NCBI RefSeq assembly: GCF_009914755.1
Contig: NC_060939.1
Length of the DNA stretch: 64,000 nt
Reading direction: 5' to 3' (one strand)
Origin: the human T2T-CHM13v2.0 reference genome, Homo sapiens
Position 1 is the first letter of the stretch. Every line of letters begins with the position of its first letter. Of this stretch, positions 28,480 through 45,960 are shown in pieces. A program made the translations under genes and the position numbers. The notes under the pieces were generated by a model, which worked only from the letters and a program-made list of their open reading frames with translations, made no database searches and was not told the origin of the DNA.

Positions 28480-29220
28480 CGATGGAAACTTTTGAGAAAT
28501 TTCTATTTAAGGACAATATTTTCCCAGATTGAGTAACTTCTTTTAAAAATTAAGCAATGGCATAAATAGATAAGGGAGCACAATAATTTTTCTGTAAATC
28601 TTAGAAAAAAAATGATTGAAATAGGAGTATCCAGAAAGCAGAGATGGTAGAGGCATTGCCTGGATAACAGTATAGCACTGTAGATAAAGAATTCTGTCAT
28701 GGGAAGGAAGCAATGAATTATTATCAACATAGTTGCAACTGAGAGCATCCAGCAGTATATACAGCATGGTCCCACAGGAATGACAACTATCCTGTCTAGC
28801 ATACTCATTAATGAGCTGGAGGAGAATGTAAATTCAAGTATGATCAAGTTTGCAGAGGATACAAAGCTAGAATGGATTAAAAAGAAAACAAAACAAGATC
28901 AATCAAGTACATGGATGGATTATGGACAACATGGGGATTTGAAATGACAGGTCCAAGGTGAGATTTAATGTAAAGAGTATAAGATAATACACTTAGGGAA
29001 GAATAATACACAATATGGGTGTAAACTAGGGAACTGTTATCTAGAAAACAGATATGAAGAAAGTGACTAGGGGGTGATTACTAATAACAAACTGAATAGA
29101 AATTCTCTGAATAGGTGTAAAAGAAATCCATCCTAGCCTGTGGATGTACAAAAGAAACTACTTCAGAGAGATCGCTTCATCATGAATACTCTGGTCTTAC
29201 CAAACTTGGACAACTAGAAA
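28480..29220 (+). mobile_element. Ancient CR1 LINE fragment (RT core and thumb)
   Basis: CLDNSIAL*IKNSVMGRKQ*IIIN...SMVPQE...ILINELEENVNSSMIKFAEDTKL...RFNV/YKIIHLGKNNTQYGCKLG...EESD*GVITNNKLN, collinear with CR1 WIxNWL/RKQRV, SGVPQG, KFADDTKL and EKDLGV. Confidence 0.88.
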
Positions 29221-29743
29221 GAAAAACAAAAGTGTTTCACATCAAACAAAAGTTAATATTTCAAGTCATACTGAAATAACCCTGTGTACCTAAAAGGATG
29301 CCATAATAAATAAACAAAAATGCAAAAAAGGAATTTTTTATGTCTTTAAAGTCGATTTAAAATTTGCCCTCCAAAATGATAGAGAAATACCTGCCCAAAT
29401 CACCCCAAAATAAAACGATTATTTTTATCAGATAAGGTGTCAGGAAAAGAGCTATTTCCTTTACTTTCCTATTTCAGCAACTTTGTGAGAACATTTGCTT
29501 ATAACCTTTCCCTAACCTTCCTAGCCATTTTTGTTTTCATGAAAGTCTTTGTATTCATTAGAAAAAGTCATGACATAGAGTTCCTTATTAAATGTAAATA
29601 CAGTATAGATCAGAGTTGCTGAATAATGTTATCAAAATTTTAGTTATATTCCTATATCATATAGATGTTTATCTGAAGTTCTGCTATAAAAATAATGAAG
29701 TACTAAATATTATAGATGTATAGGAGTGTGTGTATTTCTCTAG

Positions 29744-30133
<390 letters not shown>

Positions 30134-30304
30134 GTCAAATTACTATTAAAATAATAATTGGAATTTATTATCCATTTGCCATTCACTAGTGTGCTATGAT
30201 TTTTAGTTAATGCTCATCACAACCCTAAAACAATTTCTTCTTTGTATACATGCATTCTCTGGAATTATCTTCTACTCCCATCTATTTCATTTTATTTCAT
30301 GTAT

Positions 30305-30633
<329 letters not shown>

Positions 30634-30715
30634 TAACTAATCAGCACTAAGTAAACTCTGACTATTCTTCAACACTGAGCCTATATACAGACCATCAGTT
30701 GTATTTGTTCAATAA

Positions 30716-30945
30716 TTTTTTTTTGAGGCCTCCTGGGTTCAAGTGATTCTTGTGCCTCAGCCTCCTGAGGAGCTGGGATTACAGGCATGTGTTGTGTCAG
30801 GAAGCCCAGCTAATTTTTGTATTTTAGTAGAGACAAGATTTTGCCATGTTGCCCAGGCTGGTCTTGAACTCCTGACCTTAAGTGATTTGCCTGCCTTGGC
30901 CTCCCAAATTGCTGGGATTACAGGTGTGAGCCACCACACCTGGCC
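30716..30945 (-). mobile_element. Alu with deletion in the right arm
   Basis: ttttgag joins directly to gcctcctgggttcaag. The left arm is intact. Confidence 0.9.
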
Positions 30946-30964
30946 CAATAACTGTAATTACTAC

Positions 30965-31160
30965 TGCCTGGTAGAAATCCAGCCCTGTTACTAGCTCTGT
31001 GATTTTGAATGTTACTGAATTTCTCTGTGTCTGTTTCCTCACCTATAAAGTGAAGATAAAAAATATCAATTCCTATTTTCCAAGGTTACTATGGAGATTG
31101 AATAAAATAATTCAGGCAAATAACACAGTATCCAGCACCTGGTAAGCATTCAGCAAATAT
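30965..31160 (+). mobile_element. MIR
   Basis: tactagctctgtgattttgaat...ttctctgtgtctgtttcctcacctataaa core. Confidence 0.75.
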
Positions 31161-31254
31161 TTTCTTCTTTCATTATTATGATCTTTACTATTCCTATTAC
31201 TTCTATAACTACCTGTGTTACTACTTCTACTATTACTACTACTGACTACTACTA

Positions 31255-31577
31255 CAGTCATCTCTCATTATCAGTGGGGGATTGTTTCCAGAAATCCCCC
31301 TCAAATCAAAATCCACAGATTCTCAAGTCCATTAATATAAGATAGTATAGTATTTGCATATAACCAATGCATATCCTTGCATAAACTTTAGTCTCCAGAT
31401 TACTTATAATACCCAAATACAAGGTAAATGCTATGTAAATAGCTGCCATACTGTATTTTTAAAATTTGTATTTTTATTTTTGTATTCTTATTTTTTATTG
31501 GTTCTTCCTCATAATATTTTTTATCTACAGTGGGTTGAATCCGTGGATGTGAATCCGTGGATACAGAGGGCTGACCG
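31255..31577. mobile_element. MER2 (Tigger-family MITE)
   Basis: ta-cagtcatctctcattatcagtgggggattgtttcca...ggatacagagggctgaccg-ta, with TA target sites. Confidence 0.85.
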
Positions 31578-32439
31578 TACTGCTACTACTGGATAAAAAC
31601 CTAACTCTTTCATTTTGATGGACAAAGCCCTTCACTCATGGGTTTTAACACTCTTTCTCATTATGACTTCTCAAGACTAGCCTACTAACCCTTGACACGC
31701 AACTCTAGGTAGAGTTGCAACACAGTTTTCCAGCACAGTGAGACCTGAATAATCCAGGGATAAGAATGACTTCTGCTGATTCCTTAATCATTTTGAACGC
31801 AACTACAAATAAAGGGCAAAATAGATATTTAAAAGATAAAGATCTACCACATAGTCAATCTACGCCTTAGAAAAGACATAGCTAGGTTCGGGTCCTGATC
31901 CCTGACCCATATCATTTGGGAGAAAAAGTCAGTAAATAAACAATAGCAATGGAAGTGTCAGCAGAGAAAAAAAGAGAATGGCTACTACCATAAAAGATGT
32001 ACTGAGACAGCATAAAGACAGCCAAATGAATCACCTTGTGTCATAGCTGAAATAAAACCAAGTATGCTACAGGAAATTAGTAATATAGACTCTGGGACCC
32101 TATCCCTACAAATTTTTTAAACCAACTCAACTGAGGTATAATCATGTACAATCAACTGCATACAGTTAAAATACATAATGCAATCCTTTTGGATCGAAAC
32201 CAGTGAAACTGGTACTGTAATCAAGATAGACATCATTTCAGTTATTCCCAAACAGTTCCCGTGCCCCTTGCAGCCCAATTCTCCCTTCAAACCTGGAGAG
32301 AGATAAGGAGAGAACCTAAAGAATGGGACCAATGTTTCTACCTTAAATGACTATTAACTGAGAAAGAAAATATATACATGTTTTAAAAGAAAATACTCTG
32401 TTTATTTAGTTTTGCATATGTTGTATTCAATTTGTTTGC

Positions 32440-32861
32440 TAGGTATCTTTGTGTGGCTCATACTGTCACAACAAAATACCATGTAGACTGGGTTGCTTAA
32501 ACAACAGAAATTTACTTTCTCACAGTTATGGAGGCCAGAAGTCTAAGCTCAAGATGCCAGCATGAATTCTCTGGGACTCTCTTAAGGCTTCTCTTCCTGC
32601 CTTGTAGATGATCGTCATCTTGCTGTGTCTTCACATGGTTCCAGGGGTGGCAGGGAGAAAGTGCAAACTCCTTTCTGGTGTCTTTTCTTACAAGGATACT
32701 AATTCTATCATGAGGGCCTCACTTTCATAACCTCATCTAAACCTAATTATCTCCCAAAGGAGATCCAAATACCATCCAAATACATCTCCAAATACCATCA
32801 CATGTGAGGCTAGGGCTTCAACATATGAATTTGGGTTGGGGGGCATAATTAGTTTATAGCA
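32440..32861 (-). mobile_element. MLT1A/B-type MaLR solo LTR
   Basis: acaaaatacc...gcttaaacaacagaaattta...ctcacagttatggaggccagaagtctaag...gcttcaacatatgaatttggg. Confidence 0.85.
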
Positions 32862-34397
32862 CTATCCAAATAGATAAGACTATTAGGTACACTGAATACA
32901 ACTCTGGTGCTCAAGACAGTATAGGAATATATGTGGGTGTTGTCAGTATATACTTGAAGCCACGGGAGCAAACAAGAACCTCAAGAAATAGGATATAGGG
33001 TGAGAAGAGGGCTGAGTGGAAGACACCGGGGGTACACCAACATGTAAGGAGAGGTAAGGGAAGGAAAACCCAGTGAAGACGTTCGAAAAGAGTGGTCATA
33101 ATGACAGAAGATATAATCAGGATAAAGTAACTGTGTGCACAAATATACAGAAAATTTTGATGAAAAGGCAAGGACAAAGTAACAACATTACCAAGTACCC
33201 AGTATGCACTAAGATTTATGTTAGGTACTTTGTTTATCTTATTTCAGTTATTCCTCATAACAATCCAAAATACTATTAAACTGATTTCATATGTGAAAAA
33301 ACCAAGGTGATTAACCCATTCAAGTTAACAAAGCTGGTAAATAAAACACCAAGCCTTTAAATTAAGGACCATCTACCAACCACAGCTGTGCTCTTTCTTA
33401 CTGACATAGTACCATATGCTATAGAAACTTCAACAAAACCATTGTATTTTACCATTAGGGGGTTGATTATGACCATTTAGGAGAAAGCTGCAGTCATGAT
33501 TAACAGAAAAAAGAATAAACATCTGAAGGAAAGACACATACACTGCCAGTTCTTCAAAGAATGAATTTCAGATCCTCAGAGGAAAAAAAAGTATAATTAA
33601 TCAGTGAATGAATATCTATTACTAAATTTAATAGAATTTGGAGATTTTAATTCATATTAAATTACATTCTTGTCATGAAGATAACCAAAAGCTAATCAAG
33701 TAGTAGAGACCAAACGGGAAGAAAATAGAAATTAAAGATAATAATGCTAGTAACTGAGAACTTAGAGACAAAGACTGGACCCTATATAGGCTGGCACATT
33801 GCTAAACCACAGGGGCTCTCCGACACAAGTGAGACTATTCTGCTTAGGCCATTATCACTATAAATGATGATATATAAGTTCATCTCAGGAAATAAAGTCA
33901 GCAGTAGCATCACTGAGTATTAGAAATAGCAGTGCATAATGTCATTAAACATTTATATTAGTATTAGTTACTGCTCTCAACAACGCTCTGAGGTGGATTA
34001 TCATTATCTTCCTCACTTTGTAAATATGGGACATTAACAGATTCTTACAAAGTTAACTATGACCAAATTAGACAAGCAGGCATCACAGGCCCATTTGTTG
34101 CTTAGAATACTTTTCTTCTCCAATCTCTGTCAATATGAATCACACCTGCAGGATTGCTGGGAAGCTAGTCCAGGCAGCTGTCTGACCTATGTCGACAATT
34201 TTAACAATAGAGACGGCACTTCCTAAAGCAAAGAGATACTCACAAACTGGTAAAAAAAAAAAAAAAAAAAAAGGTTCATTACTAGAACTATTTCCACACC
34301 TATCTGTAGGCAAAAGAACAGTTATACCAAGAATTTATTCAGAAAGAGCCAATAAATATATCAATACAATGTTTAAGAATCCAAGAGCTGAATCTAG

Positions 34398-34723
<326 letters not shown>

Positions 34724-35339
34724 AGAATACATTTTTGTTAATGTACAAAGAAAAGCCACAGCAATCTTCAAGTTCCTCCACTGAGGCTGGGAAGCACTAT
34801 GTAGTAAACAGTTGATTTTTGCAACTGGGAGTGCATGGGAGTATGCATGCACATGCACATACATGCTGTATATGTATCAGTCAAGTGCAGCCTTTGGTCT
34901 TTTAAATACAATGAAAGAAATTCTTAGTTGTGATCTTTTTTTTTTTTTTAAGGAAAGAAGGACCAAGTCTTCTTTTGGAAGTATACATGGCACACTGCTA
35001 ATAATGATGATACCCTGGAGAGTGGGAATGGGTGGAGAATGAAGGAAGGGGGTACGGACTTCCACTTTTTACTTTATATATTCTTGTATTTCTTAAACAT
35101 TTCTTTAAACCAAGAATATGTCAAAGGAAGCTATAAAAATTTAGGTTGAAAAAGAAAAAACAGGGTAATGTTTTTCAAAGAACCACTTACTCTCTTCTAT
35201 ATAGAAGGAAAGCTATATTTTCCCCCTAAAATTCCAGCATTTGGATATCCTAGGTAAAACACTTTTGAATTCTGAGTTAGGCTGCAGATTCAACAAAGCT
35301 CTTGATCCAGCACATATATCCATCCCACACAGAAATCCT

Positions 35340-36212
35340 CCCTATTGCTCCTCATTTTAGGAAATGGCACAACATGTATATTGTTATTCAGGCCAAAAAC
35401 TTTAGATTCACTCATGATTTCTCTTTTCTTTATGACGTGCATCCTATCAATCAGTAGTTCTGTGAGCTTCACCTTCCAAAAATATCCCAGATTCCAACCA
35501 CTTCTCATCACCTCCACTACTACCACTCTAGTCCTAATGACCACCACCCCTTAATTTGACTATTACCATAGCTTCCTAACTGGCCTCCCTAAGTCCACTC
35601 TTCCTCCCTACAGTCTATCTCCACAAACAGAGTGATCTTTCTAAACACAAGCCATGGCATGAAGCTTCCCCAATTCAAAATCCTTCAGTGACTTCCCATT
35701 CTATTTAAGAATAAAATCCAAGCTCCTTGCAGATAGCCTTAAAGGTATTTATGCCTGGACTCTGCCAACCTCTCTGACATCACCACCAACTACTGCACTC
35801 CCAAGTATACTCCACTGATGCACACTGCAGTCCTTACTGCTCCTCAAACACCTATGCTTGTTTCCACCTCAAGGTCTCTGGGCTTACCTTTGCCTGTGCC
35901 TGTAAAACACCTTCCCTAGAATTTATGTGGCTTATTCCCTCACTTCTTCCAGGTCTCTGTGAAAATATCTCAGAGAGGACTTCTCTTTCTAAAATATCCC
36001 TCCTAACCTTTCACCATCACTTTCTATGTCCTTGCCCTGGCTTTATTTTCTTCACAGTACTACCTAAAATTATATCATTTTTTAAAAATTAAATATTTAT
36101 GTTTAAAATGTCTGTCTCAGCTCCATGATGGTACTTGGTCCCGTTCCCACTGTAATCTCAGCTCTAGAAAAGTACCTGGTACAATATTAAATAAATATTT
36201 ATAACTGAATGA
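35340..36212 (+). mobile_element. L2a 3' region
   Basis: ttcaccttccaaaaatatcccagattccaaccacttctc...gcttcctaactggcctccct... ending aataaatatttataactgaatga. Confidence 0.85.
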
Positions 36213-36499
36213 TGTGGACTACATAAAATTACAGTATTTCTGTACTTAAACAATGACCTAAAACAAAGGCAATAAATAGAAATAAAATTACCATTTGGTA
36301 ATATACATAACAAAGGGTATCTTTGTCTTTCAAATCAATATGGGATGAATTAACACACCAGTAGTAAAAATGAGGAAAGGATATTAATAGGTAATTTTTA
36401 AGAGAATACAAATAACTAATTTCAACCTCTTAAAAAACAAAGAAAATATAAGCTAAAATTAGATACTTTTTGTCAAACAGATATATACGAGTATGTGCG

Positions 36500-37120
36500 T
36501 GTGTGTGTGTAAAATTTGATAAATACTCAGATTAAAAGTTGATGAGTGTATGGGGAATTGCATAATCTCATATGCCACCAATGGGGCTGTTATCAGTGCA
36601 TCCTTTCTGAAAAATAATTTTGTAGTATGTATCATGAACCTTCATGATGTTTATTCTCATAGTCCCAGAAATTTCAAATTTATATCCAGAAATGCAGTCT
36701 ATAAAAATAATTGTAAATGTGCACAAGTTTATATGTAAAAATATTTATCATATTTATATTCTACATGTAAGTGAAATACAAATTAGAAAACCCTAAAATC
36801 CTAAACAAAAGGATGATTCAATGAACTGTGGTACATTTGGAAGAGGGAAAACAAAGCAGTCATTAAAAGACATATTTTCAAAGGACATGAAATACAAGGA
36901 ACTACTAATGATATAAGGCTAAGCGAAGCAAATGTTCATAAAGTACATACTAAAATATGTATTTTTTGAAATAGCCCTAAGTGTAGAAAGAGGACCAGAA
37001 ATAGACCAAAGTGTAATAATTCTTATTTTTGAGTAGTATTTCATTTTTGCTATTTTATTTCCAACTTTATATTTTAAGTATTTTTACAACCCATGTATTA
37101 CTTTCTTAATTAGAGGGAAA
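36500..37120 (+). mobile_element. L1ME-type 3' fragment
   Basis: Decayed L1 ORF2 end and 3' UTR (aatgaactgtggtacatt...gcagtcattaaaa). Confidence 0.65.
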
Positions 37121-37369
37121 TGATATTAAAAATATACCTATGGATATATATATATACACATTCATCTCTTATCCCATGTGCTGGTAAGCTGTCAGACACA
37201 ATCATTCATATATTTATCAAACAGTAATTTTAAAAGTCCCACTTTGTGACAGGTCCTATACTAGGAAAGTTAAAACACATTAGAAAACAGCACAGTCGAT
37301 GTTCTTAAAAAATTAAAATCTAGTGATAAGAAATGCAGAGGAATGGACACATAAAGAAATAAGTCAAAT

Positions 37370-37686
<317 letters not shown>

Positions 37687-39408
37687 CTATATACATTATA
37701 ACAGACCACAAGGGAGACAATTCTCACCTATAGGATAACATTAGGAAATACTTTTTTAAAAAATTATATTCCAGATACTAAACAGTCAGAAATGCTGATT
37801 CTTTGTCCTTCTAGATGATAAGAAAATAGATTCATAGCAGATAACAGCTCCTACTGATGTCTTCCAACATCTTCCCTAAAATAGCATTTATGTATAAAAT
37901 CTGACAAATATTTTTTTCAAAGAAACAAATCTGGTTCTAAAAAGATATATAAATAATTTATCTGTCAACAAATCCTCACAATCCTAACTGTTGGTCTCCA
38001 TTTGGTAGCTGACTGTGTGCTTGAATCTTCTATTAAACAACCCATCAATAAGGACCTAATATGTCATAGTCCTATTCTAATCACCAAAATGTAAACCTGT
38101 CTGTAAGAGTTTATAACCTAGTCCTAAAGATTTGTTAATGACTACTCTCAAAACCAGTGCACTAAAGTGTCAAGAACATACACACATGAGGATGGAAATG
38201 GACTTCTACTATAAAATGTACCCCATGTTGTGTTATTCATATGCAAATTTCTACTATATTACATGCAGCTAAAAGGCAACCAATACAGAGTTTGAGATGA
38301 GGAAGACATTCAGCCATATGGTCATAGTGATGATCACAAGTTTAGCAGAAGGAATTAAAGGTAGAAATCTAGACACAAATTAGACTGTTGACTCAATATC
38401 CACTTGTCTCAATACTGAAATGTTGGCTCACAGAGCCAACAAGGTAAATTGAAAACAAGTGGTCCTTTCTTATAAATGAAAACTCAGCCTACTTATTACA
38501 AAGATAAGAAGATATGCAGCTTGCATTTATCGGGGATATAATTTTCTTTGAAAAATGCCTCAGTTACCAGTTTTATTCTGTTAATGAGTTCCTGCCTGTT
38601 GAGAAAAAAAATGATCTTCTGAATTCAAAGTGTTTTTCATCTGAAAGGCATTCTAACATTTTTAATACGAACCATTCATTAAAGAAGCACACTTGCATTA
38701 TAGCTCTGAGTGGCAATATTTGGACTTCTGGTAACACAACATTATTAAATAAACATTTGTGAATGCCAACGACGTTCTAGGGCCTGGATAACTAAGCGAG
38801 AAATTTATATGGCAAGTATAGCATTAGATGCTTTTTCCTTAAACTTCAAATTTTTCACTTTGGTAGAATTACACAAGTCTAGGCTAATAAAAATAACCAA
38901 AGAAATGAATATTATCTTAAATAAAATGATTCTGAAAGTGACACTTAGAATTCCAAGTAATATATTCAGGAATCTAATTAAAATATTGCTGGACTAGTTA
39001 AAAAATCTTTTGTTTTTTTCTTAAAATCATCAATATAAAAAAATTTCTAAAATGGAAAATGATCACCATCTGGAGCTCCCCCATTAAACAGTGAGCTCAT
39101 GACAGAATATTAGGCCACTAATTTGTAGTATTATTATCTCCCATTGTGGGCTTTCATTAAATAGGGGAAAAAGTTGTTAAGGCTGAAAGTAAAATGACAA
39201 AGAAATTGCAGAAGAGCATAATAATTTGTCAGTTATATCCATTTAAAACAATGTTATTTTACTTCTAAGTCTCCATCTTAGTTGCAACAGTATGAAGTCA
39301 TCCCAGATCAAATTCAACCTACATGTGAAACTAAATGGAAGTCTAGCACTACAGTTGTTTATTTTCCTTGAGTTTCTGAAGCAATCTTTTTGCTAAAAAG
39401 ATAAGGTG

Positions 39409-39575
39409 GGGCCAGGCATGGTGGCTCACACCTTCACACCCAGCTACTCTGGAGGCTGTGGTGGTAGGACTGCCTGAGCCTGGGAGACTGAGGCTGTTCA
39501 GTGATCCTGCCACTGGACCTCCAACCTGGGCAACAGAACAAGGTTCTGTCTCAAAAAAATTAAAATTAATTAAAA
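39409..39575 (+). mobile_element. Alu monomer (FRAM-like)
   Basis: Single right-monomer-type unit with an A-rich tail. TSD aaaagataaggtg. Confidence 0.8.
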
Positions 39576-39957
39576 ATAATTAAATACATAAAAGATAAGG
39601 TGATATTTTGAGGACTTCTGTGAAATGCCTAAACAACAGCAAGCAACAAAAATAAATAAGGAAAAAAGTATATGGTTCAATCCTTTATTCTCCTAATTGC
39701 TTATTGGGAGAATAAAGTAACACATTCAAGAAGTATTCATTTCTAAGCACCTCAGTTTGGTAGGGTTTAACCTGTTCAGAAGCTGCTTTCTGAACTCATT
39801 CTCTAAGCTGTCCTTTGATTAGTTTGAGATAACTAAAATGAAACTTACATAAACAGGAGTATAACATTCTAAAATCTATACTTAAACCACTACTACCAAG
39901 AAAAAAATCGTTTATGTAAAATTTCATTTGCAGTAATAGGACCATATTGAAATGTAT

Positions 39958-41373
<1,416 letters not shown>

Positions 41374-42111
41374 TCTAAATAAATATCAAATAAATTTCAT
41401 AGTTCATAAAACTGAATTTCTTGAAAAATATTTCATTGGATACAAGTAAGGCTATTTCTCAAATTTCAATCTGCTTCAACATTCAGTCACCCAAACTGAA
41501 TTTACCAAGAAACTATCTGCAAAGCATTGTGCTTATCTCTTTACTCTATGCATTATCTCATTTTATCATGGTAACGATCCTTCAAGAGAGCTTTTATTAA
41601 TTTCATTTTACAGAAGAGAAAGAGGTCAAGAATAGCTGCATAACTTGCCCCAGATTTCTCAATAATAAATGAGATGTAGAATTAAACACCAGGTGAATAT
41701 CTGTGCAGGGAACAATCACTGAGCTGTCTATCCACTCCAAGTGAGTCACAGACCGTCCCAGCCTCTGCCTCATAGTGCTTCTTCCATGTTCTTAAGCTAA
41801 CTGTCTTGCCTGCTCAAAACCCTCTAAGTCATATCTCACTCAAAATAAGACAGATACCCCATTATCTCTCTATCCTCATCTACCATTCTCCCTTTCACGG
41901 TAGGAGCAAGGGAAATCTCTGGGGTGGGGGTCAAGACTAAGGAGCTAAACATGAACATAGTCATAAACAAAGAGACTTAAGGGACCAAATCTGTAACCCC
42001 AATGGACAGGATTATCAGAGGTTATGGGGCACGTAACAGAAAAAACAAGAAGGGGAAAAAAACCTGGTAAGAATGATGGGAAGTTTAAGGGTGGTGAAAA
42101 GGGGACAGTTA

Positions 42112-42459
<348 letters not shown>

Positions 42460-42479
42460 GGCCAGGCAGAAACCACAGC

Positions 42480-43930
<1,451 letters not shown>

Positions 43931-45360
43931 CACGTTTGCTCCTAAGTCAAAAGTAGCGTGACTTACACAGGTTCACAAAACGCGTTGGCAGCACCACTAC
44001 AGACAGAATTTGATAGGCCATTTCCCAATCCAGTCTTACTTCTGCTAACAAACAGAAACATTATCCACTTCAAGAATAACAAAGCCATGAGAAAATGTAT
44101 CCGGCTTCACAGTCTTTAAAAGTACGGAGTGAACTTAGAACAAAACAAAACAAAAACTCCTATCTTTAATTATACATACTAACTGTACTTTTTAAAGAAA
44201 AACTTTTTAAAAACTGTATAACTTGTCTTCAAAAATACCTCCAAAATTAAATGTATCTTAATTAGTATAGGAGATGTAATTTGTGGTCACAAGAATACAT
44301 AACTTAAAGTGAATTATTAGAAAAAAAAATAGAGAAATAGAAGACCTGAGTTAAAAAGCTCAGCTTTACAACATACACATTAACAAAATCTTGTACAAAT
44401 TTCTTAACTCTCATCAACTCAGTTCCTTCATAAAATACAGATAATATCTAGTTCATAGGGTTGTGTGAGGCAACTAATGTAACATGTGAAGGTGCTCAAT
44501 CATAAAGAGCAATACAAATACTATTTATTTCTCCCTTACCCTTCTGTGCTTCCTCATTTCTCTATTTCTGCCACTAGCATCACCCAGGCTTAAGAGGTAC
44601 AGGTAACATAAGACTCTCTCCACTCTCTCTGGGTGCTTATCTGATGCCAGAGAGATGTTGGAACTACAGATTCCCCAAATCCTGTCACAAAGTACTAAAA
44701 ATCAAGCATTTTCACTGCAGTGCTCCTAAATCAGATCCTCTCAGCTCTCCCTAGAATAATGTCAATGAAGCCATCACTGCTTTCTCCACTTCTAATTACT
44801 TCTCCCTCCAATTGATACAACTATTAGATTTACCTTCTCAAAATCAATCCCTCCACACCTCCTTACCTACCAAATAAATTTTTCTCTCTAATCTACCTTT
44901 ATTTTTATTAAATCCTTTTCATTACCATCTACTATTTGGCTGAACACATTAATTTCTTACTTTGTTCTTACTCTTCGTTCAACCCTTTGTTCTTACTCTT
45001 CTCTCCATTTGGAATTTTCTATCCATCCTCTGCAACCAATTTCCACCTACTGTAATCCTACTCATTCTTCACAACCTATGAAACCATATTTGATCTTACT
45101 GATCAGAAGTAAGCTCTCTCTCATTTAAATCCTTTGTATCTCTTACTCTGTACATTTCTTGATATACTTTACACATGTTATTTTCTATACATGTTCTTAG
45201 TTCTATTAGATTCTGTTAGCATCCACATAGTGTGCAGTATAATGCCTTATCTTCAATCAAAAAAAGTGCATGAGAAGAATTCAGCTATTTGTGTGGGCCC
45301 TACAATAAATGTAAAGCATGACCATTTATTTTAATTTATCATTTTGTGAAAATAACGTTG

Positions 45361-45470
45361 TGCTTTAGCTGCGTTGTGCTACAATCGTGCCCGTGAATAG
45401 CCACTGCACTCCAGCCTGGGCAACATAGCGAGTCCTTATCTCTAAAAAATAGATAAACAACAAAAAAATA
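45361..45470 (+). mobile_element. FAM / 7SL-derived 3' fragment
   Basis: atcgtgcccgtgaatagccactgcactccagcctgggcaacatagcgag carries the gtgaatag segment found in 7SL/FAM but not in dimeric Alu. TSD aaaataa(c/a)gttg. Confidence 0.8.
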
Positions 45471-45504
45471 AAGTTGAACTTTATAAGATTAGGACTTCAA
45501 TGAC

Positions 45505-45960
45505 TATATCAATCAGGGTCCAACAGAAAAATAAAATACTCTAAATATTTTCTTAAAGGACAGGGAATTGATTACACAGGTGACAGAACTGAGAAACCAA
45601 AGAGGGACAGTGAAGGAACACACGGATTAATAATAGCAGAAGCAGTTACTATCCTTTGCCTGCTGGGACAAAGAGTTTACTGGAACCCAGGAACCAGGTA
45701 CCATTGTAGAAGGAAGCTCAGTGGACCTGTCCAATAGGAGCTGGAGAAAGTGGCAGGTCAGCAACAGCAATGACTCTACCCAGGCAGAGAGAGAGGGAAG
45801 AACCAGTTTTCCCTTCCTTGTGCCCTCCAATCTCCCCAGTACCTCCAACTGGCCAAATCCATAGCCAGCTAATGACAGTACAGACATTTAAGCTGACTAA
45901 GCCCTCCTGGACACCAAACAGTACCTGCAAGGGGCTAACAATGAGTATGAAGGCAAAAAG
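45505..45960. mobile_element. Old ERVL-type solo LTR (subfamily uncertain)
   Basis: tatatcaatcagggtccaa...gggaattgattacacagg...ccctccaatctccccagtacctccaactggccaaa. Confidence 0.6.
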
